Positions 13,755 through 26,320 of a stretch of 64,000 nt of DNA are shown here, piece after piece. The position numbers were made by a program, and so were the translations under genes. Numbering within the stretch: the first letter of the stretch is position 1; each line of letters opens with the position of its first letter. The DNA comes from Macrostomum lignano (taxonomy: Eukaryota), in contig NIVC01002259.1 of assembly GCA_002269645.1 (NCBI GenBank), positions 124,988-188,987 of the forward strand, written 5' to 3'. Under the pieces are notes generated by a model. It was not told the origin of the DNA. It was given only the letters and a program-made list of their open reading frames with translations, and did no database searches.

Positions 13755-15225
13755 CAGTGGTGACTAGTGATGTGACATTATGTGCTGGTGAAGTGACCAT
13801 GTTGACTGGTGATGTGACTCTGTTGACTGGTGATGTGACCTTATGGGCTGATGTGCCCATAGTGACTGGTGATGTGACCTTATGGGCTGGTGATGTGCCC
13901 ATAGTGACTAGTGATGTGACCTTGTTGACTGGTGATGTGACCATGTTGACTGTTGATGTGACCATGTTGACTGGTGATGTGACCATGTTGACTGTTGATG
14001 TGACCATGTTGACTGGTGATGTGACCATGTTGACTGGTGATGTGACCATGTTGACTGGTGATGTGACCATGTTGACTGGTGATGTGACCATGTTGACCGG
14101 TGATGTGACCTTATGGGCTGGTGATGTGACAATGTTGACTGGTGATGTGACTCTGTTGACTGGTGATGTGACCTTATGGGCTGGTGATGCGACCTTGTTG
14201 ACTGGTGATGTGACCATGTTGACTGGTGATGTGACCATGTTGACTTGTGATGTGACCATGTTGACTGTTGATGTGACCATGTTGACTGGTGATGTGACCA
14301 TGTTGACTGGTGATGTGACCATGTTGACTGGTGATGTGACCTTATGGGTTGGTGATTTGCCCATAGTGACTGGTGATGTGACCTTGTTGACTGATGTGAC
14401 CTTATGGGCTGATGTGCCCATAGTGACTGGTGATGTGACCTTATGGGCTGGTGATGTGCCCATAGTGACTGGTGATGTGACCTTGTTGACTGGTGATGTG
14501 CCCATAGTGACTGGTGATGTGACCTTATGGGCTGGTGATTGCCCATAGTGACTGGTGATGTGACTCTGTTGACTGGTGATGTGCCCATAGTGACTGGTGA
14601 TGTGACCTTGTTGACTGGTGATGTGACCATGTTGACTGTTGATGTGACCATGTTGACTGGTGATGTGACCATGTTGACTGGTGATGTGACCATGTTGACT
14701 GGTGATGTGACCATGTTGACTGGTGATGTGACCATGTTGACTGGTGATGTGACCATGTTGACTGGTGATGTGACCATGTTGACCGGTGATGTGACCTTAT
14801 GGGCTGGTGATGTGACAATGTTGACTGGTGATGTGACCATGTTGACTGGTGATGTGACCTTGTTGACTGGTGATGCGACCTTGTTGACTGGTGATGTGAC
14901 CATGTTGACTGGTGATGTGACCATGTTGACTTGTGATGTGACCATGTTGACTGTTGATGTGACCATGTTGACTGGTGATGTGACCATGTTGACTGGTGAT
15001 GTGACCATGTTGACTGTTGATGTGACCATGTTGACTGGTGATGTGACCATGTTGACTGTTGATGTGACCATGTTGACTGGTGATGTGACCATGTTGACTG
15101 GTGATGTGACCATGTTGACTGGTGATGTGACCATGTTGACTGGTGATGTGACCATGTTGACCGGTGATGTGACCTTATGGGCTGGTGATGTGACCCTGTG
15201 GACTGGTGATGTGACCATCATGACT
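13755..15225. repeat. 21-bp minisatellite (GTGATGTGACCATGTTGACTG)n, about 1.47 kb, with higher-order variant blocks
   Basis: Direct reading; produces the VTMLTGD/VTSPVNM pseudo-ORFs. Confidence 0.98.
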
Positions 15226-16102
15226 GAATTAAGCGCAGCGGTCCCCCAGAATTAAAGATAGTGTAGGGTGAGAGAGGATGGTGAATTGGTGGTGAGGAGA
15301 GGGAGTAAAGGGAGTGGGTTGAGTGTGTTATGGATCAAACAATGGTTATGTATTGGAGTTTATATAACATGCACAATGTCCTACTTTGTGTTGTACAGTT
15401 GAGTACTGTATTGATTATCCATTCCATCTATCCATCCATCCATCCATCCAACTCAACTGAGTGTGTGTACGCGAGTGCATGCGTGCGTGCGTAAGGCTTT
15501 AAATAACGATTGTTACTATTTATGGAAAATGTACTAAAAATAGATGCATATTTGTCCTTAAAGATATAAGACATTGACAATTCTAACTTGTGTAAATGTA
15601 TCAACAAAGCAGTCAATGAGTCATCTATATCTCTAGGGACGAATATCTCTAGGGATGCATCTATTTTTAGTACATTTGCCATAAATAGTAACATTATATT
15701 AAACTCGCGGCAACACTATTTGAACCGTGTTTAAGATAGTCTATGGTTATAACCACTTGACTGACTGATGCTGTGGCATTGATTTCTTACCCCTACCCCC
15801 ATATACTAGGCATATGGATAGATAGATAGATAGAGAATTGGCAGAGGCTGGCACAGTGTAGCCCACTCAAACTTTTTAGCCAGCCAGCCAGCCAGCCATA
15901 CGAGTATAGCCAACTCAATTCAGTCAGTTTGCGTGCATGCGTGCAACCTGACCAGATTTGACCTGACATGACCTGACTTAACCTTGTAATTTATAGATTG
16001 CTTCTGTATAGTTACGATTATGCCAACAACCTTAATACCAACAACATTTACATCTTGAACCATATTATCCCACTATCCATACCACATAGCCGTACCTAGC
16101 CT

Positions 16103-16869
16103 TTTTAATTCTGGGGGACCACTGCACTGACCGAGAAATGTGAAATTTCTCTAAGTGTCAAAATAAAGTTGACTTAGAAAATTTTTCGCACCCCAAAAAA
16201 ATTTATTTTCCATTTTGTCTAATGAACCATATGCAGCTGTTTTGGATAACTTATCTGGGGAAATGCATGTTGCTGTCTGAGAGTAGCTTATCTGAGAGTA
16301 GCCAGCCATAACACTAACCCTAACCTTAATTGACGCCAGCCCTAACCCTAACCCTAATTGACAACAGCCCTAACCCTAACTTAACCCTAACCCTAATTGA
16401 TGCTAGACCTAACCCTAACTTAACCCTAACCCTAATTGATGCCAGCCCTAACCCTAACCCTAATTGACACCAGCCTTAACCTAACTTAACCCTAACCCTA
16501 ATTGATGCTAGATCTAATCCTAACTTAACCCTAACCCTAATTGATGCCAGCCCTAAAATGAAATTAACCCTAACTCTAATTGACACCAGCCCTAACCCTA
16601 ATTGACGCCAGCCCTAACCCTAACCTAACCCTAACCCTAATTGTTGCTAGCCCTAACCCAAACCTAACCCTAATTGATGCCAGCCCTAACTTTAACTTAA
16701 CCCTAATTGACGCCAGACCTAACCCTAACCTAACCCTAACCCTAATTGTTGCTAGCCCTAACCCAAACCTAACCCTAATTGACGCCAGCCCTAACTTTAA
16801 CTTAACCCTAATTGATGCTAGACCTAACCCTAATGGTGACAAGAGCATAACGCGTCCCCCAGAATAAAA
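16103..16869. mobile_element. Putative non-autonomous TIR element carrying a telomere-like (CCCTAA-based) minisatellite
   Basis: Left TTTTAATTCTGGGGGAC (16103-16119) and right GTCCCCCAGAATAAAA (16854-16869) are inverted; the internal array 16310-16835 is built of CTAACC hexamers interleaved with TTGATGCCAGCC spacers. Confidence 0.55.
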
Positions 16870-18389
16870 TTTGTTTGTTTTATATGTCAGGGTTAGGGTG
16901 GGATGGGTGGGGGAAAGAGGGTAGAGAATGAATGAATTATTGTAGTTCAAGTAGGGATTAATGTTTAATATAGTTTGATATAAATTTAACAGAATTATAT
17001 AATTTTGCCTATATAAAAATACTTCTATCAGTAGTAGACATTGTATATTTTATTGTATGTATGTATGTATGTATCTATGCTGGTTGGCTTGTTGTTCCAA
17101 ATGACGTCATCATCATCACCATCATCATCTTCGCCCGCATACATGTGTAACCTCCAAAATTCAGTCAGCCATGCGATTTAGTTTAAACAAAAATGCATAT
17201 TTGTCCCTAAAGATATAGAGCTACACTCGCATTTCTCTACTATTTGTCTATGTGTCAAACACATGGTATATATATATATCTAATACTAGGCAATAGATTC
17301 TCTTTAGCTTTATAAAAACTATAATTTAGCTTCATTTAATAGCAAATAGCAATATAAATACCCCAAGAATAATTTTTTTGCAATCAAAAATGGTTTGTCT
17401 CTATGCCTTATAGCTATGTCTACTATTACTATATATGATAAATTTTAGAAAAATCAAATGCTACAACCTTATATTAAACTATATTTAATAAACTAGTTTA
17501 TTAAACTAGTTTCAAGATTAAATTACATTTTATTTAATATTAGACTTAGCTAAGAAACCTAGCTATTTAAAAAAAACTATTTTAAAATTGATAAACTAGA
17601 AATGATTATTAAATTATTATCATTTAAAAATATACTAATTTATACTCAATCATTGTATGATAACAAACAATTATAAGGACTATTTTTATAGAACAGATTT
17701 ATTTTTGAAAAAAAACTAAAATAGATACTAAACTAGGCCTAAAGACTAAGTTAGATTATCTAGTAGATAAATAGAAGAGTCATAGGCCTACTATAGTAGT
17801 CATAGATAGATGTCAACTAGGTTATATATAAATGCATTTATATTTTTAATAAGAATAAGATTGTAGGATAAGATCCTAATCTGAATTCTAAAAACCTATG
17901 CCTAGGGGTCTAATAGGCTTTTTACAAAGATTGGTTCCAGAACCAGTGTGACAGTAACAGTGTGAATAATTCCAATTCTAGAACCAAAATTGGTATAGTA
18001 GGAAAATGAAAGAAAAGCTTCAAACCAATTTTATGTTTGTCAGTCTTATCAATAATAAAAAATTTACAATTTTAAATGCCTTTAAATGCCAAATTATTTT
18101 ACTGGTAAAGTGTTAAACATGATGAATCAAGAAATTTTTTATCCAAATTCCAGAACCAGAACACAGTTCTAGAATTGATTCTGAAAACGTAACAGGCAAT
18201 ATGAAAAGCGCCAAATTCTGGCTCTGAAATTGGTAAAATGAAAAGCCTTTAAGAGTTAATCTTTAAAATTTGGATCCCCTAATAATTCTTAGGGCCTAAA
18301 TAATTGTCTAATCAATAGTAGGCCCCTAGGCCCTAGGGCTCAAGGGCCTACAATCTCCTAATTCTCACCATTTGGCATAGGCATAAAAT

Positions 18390-19221
18390 GGTTCCTGGAC
18401 ACTTCGTCATCTTACCACTTCGTCATCCACTCATATTTCTAGACACTTCGTCATCTTACCACTTCGTCATCTACGATACTATTGTGGAGACATCGTCATC
18501 TACTCCCTGGACACTTCGTCATCCACTTTGTCTAAAAAACTTAGCTATATGTAACTTCGTCAGCTAAGTTGTATCGAGTAGTCATAAATATAGGTGACTA
18601 CACTGAGGATTAACTAACTGATTAACTAACTGATAATTAATGAGGATTAACTACGACGGGGGAAGAGCTGGAGAAGAGAAGAGATCGCGATCGCGATCAG
18701 TACAAAATTGAATTTTACTCGCGGTTTAAATCATACAATATCTTGGAATTTTACAGTAAAACAAAAATAACAATAAATTGGAAATATGCATGCCTGAAAA
18801 GCAAAATTAAATGAAACTTAAAAAAACATAATAATAAATACACAAAAACACACTATTCATAAACATATTTAAATCTACATCGTTACAACTCCACACATGT
18901 TTGTGGAAGCGAAGCTATAATAAAATTACAATGAACACTTGTACACATACAGCGTGCATTTAGATGCCAATCCCTAAACGTGTATTTAATCCTATATTTT
19001 ACAGACTATTGATTGAGAAACAATTTACATGCATAAAAAAAACAATCGAATAACAATTTTACAGCTTTGAGAAATCTTGGGATGACGAAGTGTCCTCAAA
19101 ATTTGGTCACTTCGTCATCTAGATTTCTAACAATTTTTTTTGTATGACGAAGCTTCCAAAAACCATGGTCACTTCGTCATCTGGATGACGAACTGGTAAG
19201 ATGACGAAGTGTCCAGGAACC
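18390..19221. mobile_element. Non-autonomous DNA transposon (MULE/Merlin-like) with 8-bp TSD
   Basis: 28-bp TIR GGTTCCTGGACACTTCGTCATCTTACCA / TGGTAAGATGACGAAGTGTCCAGGAACC; exact TSD CATAAAAT at 18382-18389 and 19222-19229; subterminal ACTTCGTCAT repeats. Confidence 0.9.
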
Positions 19222-20679
19222 CATAAAATAACCTGGTTGTTGTACATACAGTGATACAATATGTAGGGTGTAGAGTAACTTTATTTTAACACGTCTAATG
19301 TCAATGTGTGCTCGGATGCCATAGAGCTTTATTTAGTTCAATTCAAGTTTTTTGCGCCGATATAAGTTTCCCGCCTAAAATGCTGTATGAGTCAGTCTTT
19401 TGTCATTGACAGTATTGCCAGTTTTTGGTTTTTTTGAAAAAATTCTTTAATAAAATTTAAGTATGAAAACATTAATGACTAAACATTATGTTTTACTCTT
19501 AACCGTATACAAAAGTTTGTTTTTGTGGGGCTTTTTGATTTCGTGCCGTACGTAGTAACTTTCACAGAAAACAATTGTAATGGATTACCAACTTTTACTA
19601 GAGTAATAGTAAAACTAAAGGCTAATCACGAAAGGTATTTTTTGTGTCGTTCGGCGCACAGGAACATGCACGTGGTAGACGTCAGGAAGGCTGTATTTAC
19701 TAGTAGACCATCATCTGAGGACCTGAGGTTACAGTTAGTTTCGACACTACCTACCACTAGTGACTAGTCTAGAGAGTAGACTAAGACTGTAGACGTAGAC
19801 TCTAGATTCTAGTTACTAGTATGATATTATTAACTGGGCCCTGTAAAACCTAGCTCGCCTTACTAGCTGCTTTACTTGCCACAGGCAGGGACCCCTATCC
19901 ATATAGTTATTTCTTGGTGTTTGCATTTATTAAATTATATAGGCATAGGCCTAGGGGCTAGGCCTAGTGGCATAGGCCTAGGGGCTAGGCCTAGTCTTCT
20001 TAGTCTACACATTTTGAAATACACAGGCCTAGACCATCATATTTTTGTCAACTTTTATAACTTTGTAGATAATCTTTCCTTGTATGTATTAAGTTTAATA
20101 AAGAAATACATATGCCATTCATTGTTAGGCACCATTATTAAAAATCTTCAATTAATGGGAAGTGTTAATGTTAAAACAAAAAATCTTAGATTAAGACCTT
20201 AGTTAGGGCCTAGGCTAACTTATTAACTTTTAATTTCATTAAGTTGATTGAAATTTTATTAATAATTGGTAACAAGGATTAAGCTATTAATGTGTTTGTT
20301 AAAATAGGAAATACTAGTTTTTTTACTTTTTTCCAAAATAGACTTTATATATCATATATTATTTTTGTCTTTCTTTCTTTCTTTTTAGTCAAAACAGAAA
20401 GGTTATCCAAGCAATTTACAAGCTAAAAATAACCAATATTAGTAATACTAACTCAAAATTTATATTGTATATAAAATACTAAATAAAGTAATTATAAACT
20501 AAAAGAAAGAACTAACTTATTAAAAACTTAAAACTAGGCCTAATAACATAATAAAATATATAAATAAGATTACATTTTTTATAATGAATAGAATATTAGA
20601 AATAAAGTTGTTTCAATCAAATTATTATGTTATAGAATATAATATAAGATTAAAAAAAGAGAAATCATAATGTTATTTA

Positions 20680-21507
20680 CGAGGGGTGTCCCAAAAGTTC
20701 CCGGAATGTCTAACGTAGCTCTTCAACAGAGCCATGAAATTTCATGCCCATGGTGTCAAATGAAAGGAAATTTTGTCACAAAGAATACAAAGTTAAAATC
20801 ATGTTGATATCTTTTTTTATTCAAGAGCTACAGCAAGAAACTTGCGGAAAGGTCAGGGGTAGTGTTACACAACCTCAACAATCTATGGCAATAATTTTTT
20901 CATCTCCATTTTTGGAGTTTTTCATTTTGAATTCATTCACAGCAGACTGGCCATCTCTAAAGCGTTCGATCCATCCGTAAATTGCAGTTTTTTTCAGGCT
21001 GTTCTCACCGTGGATTGAGAATAAGTGGTCAGAAATCTTGGCTCCACTCCATCCTACTGACCAAAGGGCAAAAACTTGACTTCGCTGACTTTCAAGGCTC
21101 TGAAGAGAACTCATTTTCGCAAAGAAATTTCAATTTGAAAGCAAGTGCTTGGTACGAATTATCTGCACTCGCGCAAAAGCTCAGATTAGCTTTATGAGCA
21201 TTTCTGCTTTTTCCATAGACACTACCACGTCTTTCTGACACGTCAGTAGCACGAATTCAAAATGAAAAACTCCAAAAATGGAGATGAAAAAATTATTGCC
21301 ATAGATTGTTGAGGTTGTGTAACACTACCCCTGACCTTTGCGCAAGTTTCTTGCTGTAGCTCTTGAATAAAAAAAGATATCAACATGATTTTAACTTTGT
21401 ATTCTTTGTGACAAAATTTCCTTTCATTTGACACCATGGGCATGAAATTTCATGGCTCTGTTGAAGAGCTACGTTAGACATTCTGGGAACTTTTGGGACA
21501 CCCCTCA
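20680..21507 (-). mobile_element. Mariner-derived MITE with 255-bp inverted arms and a transposase HTH remnant
   Basis: TA|CGAGGGGTGTCCCAAAAGTT...AACTTTTGGGACACCCCTCA|TA; arms 20680-20934 and 21253-21507; the spacer encodes on the minus strand GAKISDHLFSIHGENSLKKTAIYGWIERFRDG, typical of the mariner N-terminal HTH. Confidence 0.9.
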
Positions 21508-22406
21508 TATATGCCAGCAATAAAAGGATTAAATAAATAGAAACAATTATAATACCAAACTTAAATAAGTAATTTTAATTTTTTTAGCTAAAAATAAAGA
21601 GATCTCCCAATTTGTTTTAAATCTTAGAAATACTTAGAAATTTGCAAAAATAGAAATATCACTTAGCTATGTTTTAATTATTAATCAATGCAAAATATTT
21701 TTTGATTTTTGTATAATAATTCAATAATGGCTTAAAAACTATGTTAGGTCCTAAGTATTTAAATCTCTATTTAATGTGTCTTATCAACTATATGTGCATA
21801 TCAACTATAATAGTTTATGAATATTTTATACTTTATTTGGTAGTAAGAAATGATTTTAAGATTCCTAAAAATATATTTCAATTATCTTCTTAGTCTCATG
21901 CTTGGGCGCAACCTTGGGATTCACCCAGCCATTTCTATTGGCAACACACACATGTAAGTTGCTATTGGCTGAGAGCATGCACACCCTTTGTTCTAAAAAT
22001 ATAAAATGACAAAGTGTACATCGAGTGTTCTAAAAATAGAATATGCCCGTGTGTGTTGCCAATAGAAACAGCCGAGTGAATCCCAAGGTTGCACACTTAT
22101 GCTTAGTCTTAGATAAAATAAAGGTGAAAACTTAAATGTAGTTTCTTATATACCTAAATGAAAAGCACTTATTTATTTACTTCATACATGTAGCTAAATT
22201 GCTAGGATCTAATGTTAATTTACTAGTTAAGAGTTGCTAATTAGAATTCAAATTATAAACTTTGTTTTCATCTATCAATTTTGAACTGCACCTCCTTTGC
22301 ATGGTTTAGCCTTTGAGTTCTATCAACATGTTTGCTGGTCACTGGCCTTCTTGTGTCTGGTTTATAGCATTGAACTCCTTTTATACTGACTTTTCAAATC
22401 CCACAG

Positions 22407-24008
22407 CGTGTGAAGGCTGTTCCCGTGCTGCTGCAGGTGGCTGATGCAGGTGGCAATGCTGCCACCATTGCTGTCACCTGCAGCGCCTTCAATGCAACCG
22501 CGCCAGAGCCGTCTGAACCAGCATCTGCAATGGCCGCATCTGCTGGGCCTGACAGCTTTGCTAGCCAGCCGGTGTCCCTCTGTGTGCCCATTGTTCCTGA
22601 GGACGAAGATGGCGATGAGGACAGGTCATTGTCTGGAGTTGGCACAGCAGCGTCAAGTGCCAACAGTTCACATCCTGCTACTGCGGCTCCTTCGTTAATT
22701 TCGCTCACCTCCCTGCCTCCTCCGGTGCCGACGTTCTCGTTGGCTGGCGCATCCAGTTCGCTACCTACGCTGACGCTGACGTCGGCCGTGTCATCGCATT
22801 CGCAGCAGCCACCGCCGCCTCCGCATGTGTCAACAGTGACGCTATTCATGTCGCAGTCGTCAGTAACTTCAATAGCTTCTTCTAGCAGTGCGGCCGCGCC
22901 AGGCAGTGCCGACCAGCAGCTGGGCGCTTCAGTTAGTAAAATCGAGCCGGGCTTGGTGTCCAGCGCCACCGGCCTGACCGCCCGCCCGTTGCCGCCGCTG
23001 TTCCGCCAGACCGACGTTGTAGTCGGGCCGCCCTGTCTCTGCCTGCCGGCCTCGTTGGCGCATTCGAATTTCGCCAGCCGGGCTGTGGAACTGCTGAACA
23101 AGCTGCACGCTAGCGCTATTGCTAATGGCGAAGTTCCTATCGACAGCTGCTCGGCCGGATCCGGCGGCGTCACGCTGTTCGTCCTTGGCAACAGCGGCGG
23201 CGGCGTCGGCGGCAACAATGGAGGAGGCAGCGGAAACGCCGGCGGCGAAGACTTCACGCCCAGCCCGGCGTCGTCATTCCCTAGTCCGGCTAGGCAGCCA
23301 GCTGGCACCGACGATATGGATGAAGTGATCGCTGACGTTGTACCTAGAGCTGGATGTACCGATGGCAATGCTGACGCTCGGGTTCAACAGTCTGGCATTG
23401 TCGAGCAGGACTGCGCCGATATTGTCGACGACAATGCCGAGGATGCCGATTATGACGACACTGACGATGCAGCGATTGTGGAGGAGAAGCCGGCAGTGAC
23501 CTCCAGCCCTATCGTGGGCTTCACAATCCGGTACGTTTCGCCGGACAGCGAGCTGGCCAAAGCTTCCCAGTCGGCCAGTTCGTCGAAAGCCGCGCCAGTA
23601 GGCGGTCGACTGTACAGCTGTCCAGTGTGCTGCAAGTGCTTCAGCAATCACTCCAATCTGATGCGGCACAAGCGGGTGCACTCGGGCGCCAGGCCGTTCC
23701 AGTGCGTAGTCTGCGCCAAGGCCTTCTCCCAGTCTAACAATCTGTACCAGCATCAGATCATTCACACTGGCCGGCGACCCTACATCTGCCGCCTATGCCG
23801 CTCCGCTTTCACTCTGCCTGGCAATCTGCAGAAACACGTGCAACGCTCTCACGTTGGCTCTGTGCAAAGCTGGCAAGAGGCCATGGAGCTTGAAGAGGAC
23901 CTGCCGCAGCTGCTCACCGCAATCAGGACTGGCAGTTTCACGTTACAGCGTCAGGAGGAGCGAACGGATGAACCGAGTGAATCACTGGGAGCTTCCAGCG
24001 ATGCGTGA
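22407..24008 (+). CDS. C2H2 zinc-finger protein (3 tandem fingers near the C-terminus), large terminal exon; 5' end unresolved
   Basis: 532-aa ORF with YSCPVCCKCFSNHSNLMRHKRVH-SGARP-FQCVVCAKAFSQSNNLYQHQIIH-TGRRP-YICRLCRSAFTLPGNLQKHVQRSH; preceded by acceptor TTTTCAAATCCCACAG at 22406. Confidence 0.9.
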   Translation, partial: RVKAVPVLLQVADAGGNAATIAVTCSAFNATAPEPSEPASAMAASAGPDSFASQPVSLCVPIVPEDEDGDEDRSLSGVGTAASSANSSHPATAAPSLISLTSLPPPVPTFSLAGASSSLPTLTLTSAVSSHSQQPPPPPHVSTVTLFMSQSSVTSIASSSSAAAPGSADQQLGASVSKIEPGLVSSATGLTARPLPPLFRQTDVVVGPPCLCLPASLAHSNFASRAVELLNKLHASAIANGEVPIDSCSAGSGGVTLFVLGNSGGGVGGNNGGGSGNAGGEDFTPSPASSFPSPARQPAGTDDMDEVIADVVPRAGCTDGNADARVQQSGIVEQDCADIVDDNAEDADYDDTDDAAIVEEKPAVTSSPIVGFTIRYVSPDSELAKASQSASSSKAAPVGGRLYSCPVCCKCFSNHSNLMRHKRVHSGARPFQCVVCAKAFSQSNNLYQHQIIHTGRRPYICRLCRSAFTLPGNLQKHVQRSHVGSVQSWQEAMELEEDLPQLLTAIRTGSFTLQRQEERTDEPSESLGASSDA

Positions 24009-24089
24009 ATGCCCTTGGCGGTCTGGGTCCGCACCGTGGGGTTTGCCTGGAATCTCAGTTCAGAATCCAGATTGGCTTTTTGTTTGCTG

Positions 24090-25165
24090 GTCATGGGCCT
24101 CCCAGTGTGTTAGCTGGTCCTGGCCCTCTCTCCGTGTTAGCTGGTCCTGGCCCTCTCTCAGTGTTAGCTGGTCATAGCCCTCTCTCCGTGTTAGCTGGTC
24201 ATGGCCCTCTCTCAGTGTGTTAGCTGGTCCTGGCCCCCTCTCCGTGTGTTAGCTGGTCATAGCCCTCTCTCAGTGTGTTAGCTGGTCCTGGCCCTCTCTC
24301 AGTGTGTTAGCTGGTCCTGGCCCTCTCTCAGTGTGCTAGCTGGTCCTGGCCCTCTCTCAGTGTGCTAGCTGGTCCTGGCCCTCAGTGTGTTAGCTGGTCC
24401 TGGCCCTCTCTCAGTGTGCTAGCTGGTCCTGGCCCTCAGTGTGTTAGCTGGTCCTGGCCCTCTCTCAGTGTGTTAGCTGGTCCTGGCCCTCTCAGTATGT
24501 TAGCTGAGTCATAGCCCTCAGTGTGTTTGTTAGCTGGTCATAGCCCTCAGTGTGTTAGCTGGTCATAGCCCTCAGTGTGTTAGCTGGTCATAGCCCTCAG
24601 TGTGTTAGCTGGTCCTGGCCCTCTCAGTATGTTAGCTGAGTCATAGCCCTCAGTGTGTTTGTTAGCTGGTCATAGCTCTCGGTGTGTTAGCTGGTCATAG
24701 CCCTCAGTGTGTTAGCTGGTCATAGCCCCTCAGTGTGTTAGCTGGTCAAAGCCCTCAGTGTGTTAGCTGGTCCTGGCCCTCTCTCAGTGTGTTAGCTGGT
24801 CCTGGCCCTCTCTCAGTGTGTTAGCTGGTCCTGGCCCTCAGTGTGTTAGCTGGTCCTGGCCCTCTCTCAGTGTGTTAGCTGGTCCTGGCCCTCTCAGTAT
24901 GTTAGCTGAGTCATAGCCCTCAGTGTGTTTGTTAGCTGGTCATAGCTCTCGGTGTGTTAGCTGGTCATAGCCCTCAGTGTGTTAGCTGGTCATAGCCCCT
25001 CAGTGTGTTAGCTGGTCAAAGCCCTCAGTGTGTTTGTTAGCTGGTCATAGCTCTCGGTGTGTTAGCTGGTCATAGCCCTCAGTGTGTTAGCTGGTCATAG
25101 CCCCTCAGTGTGTTAGCTGGTCAAAGCCCTCAGTGTGTTAGCTGGTCATAGACCTCAGTGTGTTG
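24090..25165. repeat. 25-29-bp minisatellite (GTGTTAGCTGGTCCTGGCCCTCTCTCA)n in the probable 3' UTR of the zinc-finger gene
   Basis: Direct reading. Confidence 0.95.
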
Positions 25166-25679
25166 GTCATAACCTTCAGTTTTTTAATTTGGTAAAATGC
25201 ACTGTGAGAATCCTGGCACTACGGTGCAAACAGTTTCTTTACATGGAAATTGAAGCCAACTGATTAACTAACTGCCTTCTGAGTTGCTGCTATATGAAGT
25301 AGGTTTTGCAAATACCTTTACTGCAAATTTTATTGCGTGAATTCAAATCATAGCCCATCATCTGTGACTTCATGTTTTTAGATTATTAGTGTTAGAGAAA
25401 TATAATATAACCTTAGTGCTGTTACTAAATCTGGTCTTTTTGCGTCTTAACGGCATGTTGCTTGTAGGTCATTTGGAACCAGTTCTTCTGCAGTTTTGTT
25501 GCTCTTGATGTCCCTGTTTAATCTGATTAATGTTCTTGATCAGAATTAGCAGCTATTTATTGTATGAGTATACTATACATATAGCTTACTAATTCCTACT
25601 AACATCAAGATTAGAGTTTTCTAGATTTTTTCTGCACTTGATTTTAGATTTCAACTTCAAGATTTTAGATCTAAGTTAC

Positions 25680-26320
25680 AGGATTTGGGATCTGAATCAC
25701 AGGGTTTGGGATCTGAATCACAGGGTTTGGGATCTGAATCACAAGGTTTGGGATCTAAATCAAAGGCTTTGGGATCTAAATCACAGGGGTTGGGATCTGA
25801 ATTACAGGGTTTGGGATCTGAATTACAGGGTTTGGGATCTGAATCACAGGGTTTGGGATCTGAATCACAAGATTTGGGATCTGAATCAAAGGCTTTGGGA
25901 TCTAAATCACAGGGGTTGGGATCTGAATTACAGGGTTTGGGATCTGAATTACAGGGTTTGGGATCTGAATCACAGGGTTTGGGATCTGAATCACAGGGTT
26001 TGGGATCTGAATCACAAGTTTTGGGATCTGAATCACAAGATTTGAGGTCTGAATCACAAAATTTGAGGTCTGAATCACAGGGTTTGGAATCTGAATCACA
26101 AGATTTGGGGTCTGAATCACAGGGTTTGGGATCTGAATCACAAGATTTGAGGTCTGAATCACAGGGTTTGGAATCTGAATCACAAGATTTTGGGTCTGAA
26201 TTACAGGGTTTGAGGCCTGAATCACAGGGTTTGAGGCCTGAATCACAGGGTTTGAGGCCTGAATCACAGGGTTTGAGGCCTGAATCACGGCGTTTGAGGA
26301 CTGAATCACCGGATTTTTTG
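25680..26320. repeat. 21-bp minisatellite (GGGATCTGAATCACAGGGTTT)n
   Basis: Direct reading; yields the ESQGLGS pseudo-ORF. Confidence 0.96.

Noticed and set aside
13729-15255. Long ORFs (258-437 aa) over the 21-bp array, and similar ORFs at 2761-3451, 25638-26333, 31239-32411, 36278-37848 and 42021-43793
   Set aside because: Open only because the repeat units lack stops; they are open on both strands and lie in introns or spacers.
16310-16835. Telomere or chromosome end
   Set aside because: The hexamers are interrupted and embedded between genes; interstitial only.
22394-23765. Minus-strand ORFs opposite the zinc-finger and polycystin exons (also 48285-50719)
   Set aside because: Antisense shadows of GC-rich coding sequence; no motifs or splice signals.
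24090-25165. Regularly spaced repeats resembling a CRISPR array
   Set aside because: Units are directly tandem without unique spacers, there are no cas genes, and the context is eukaryotic.
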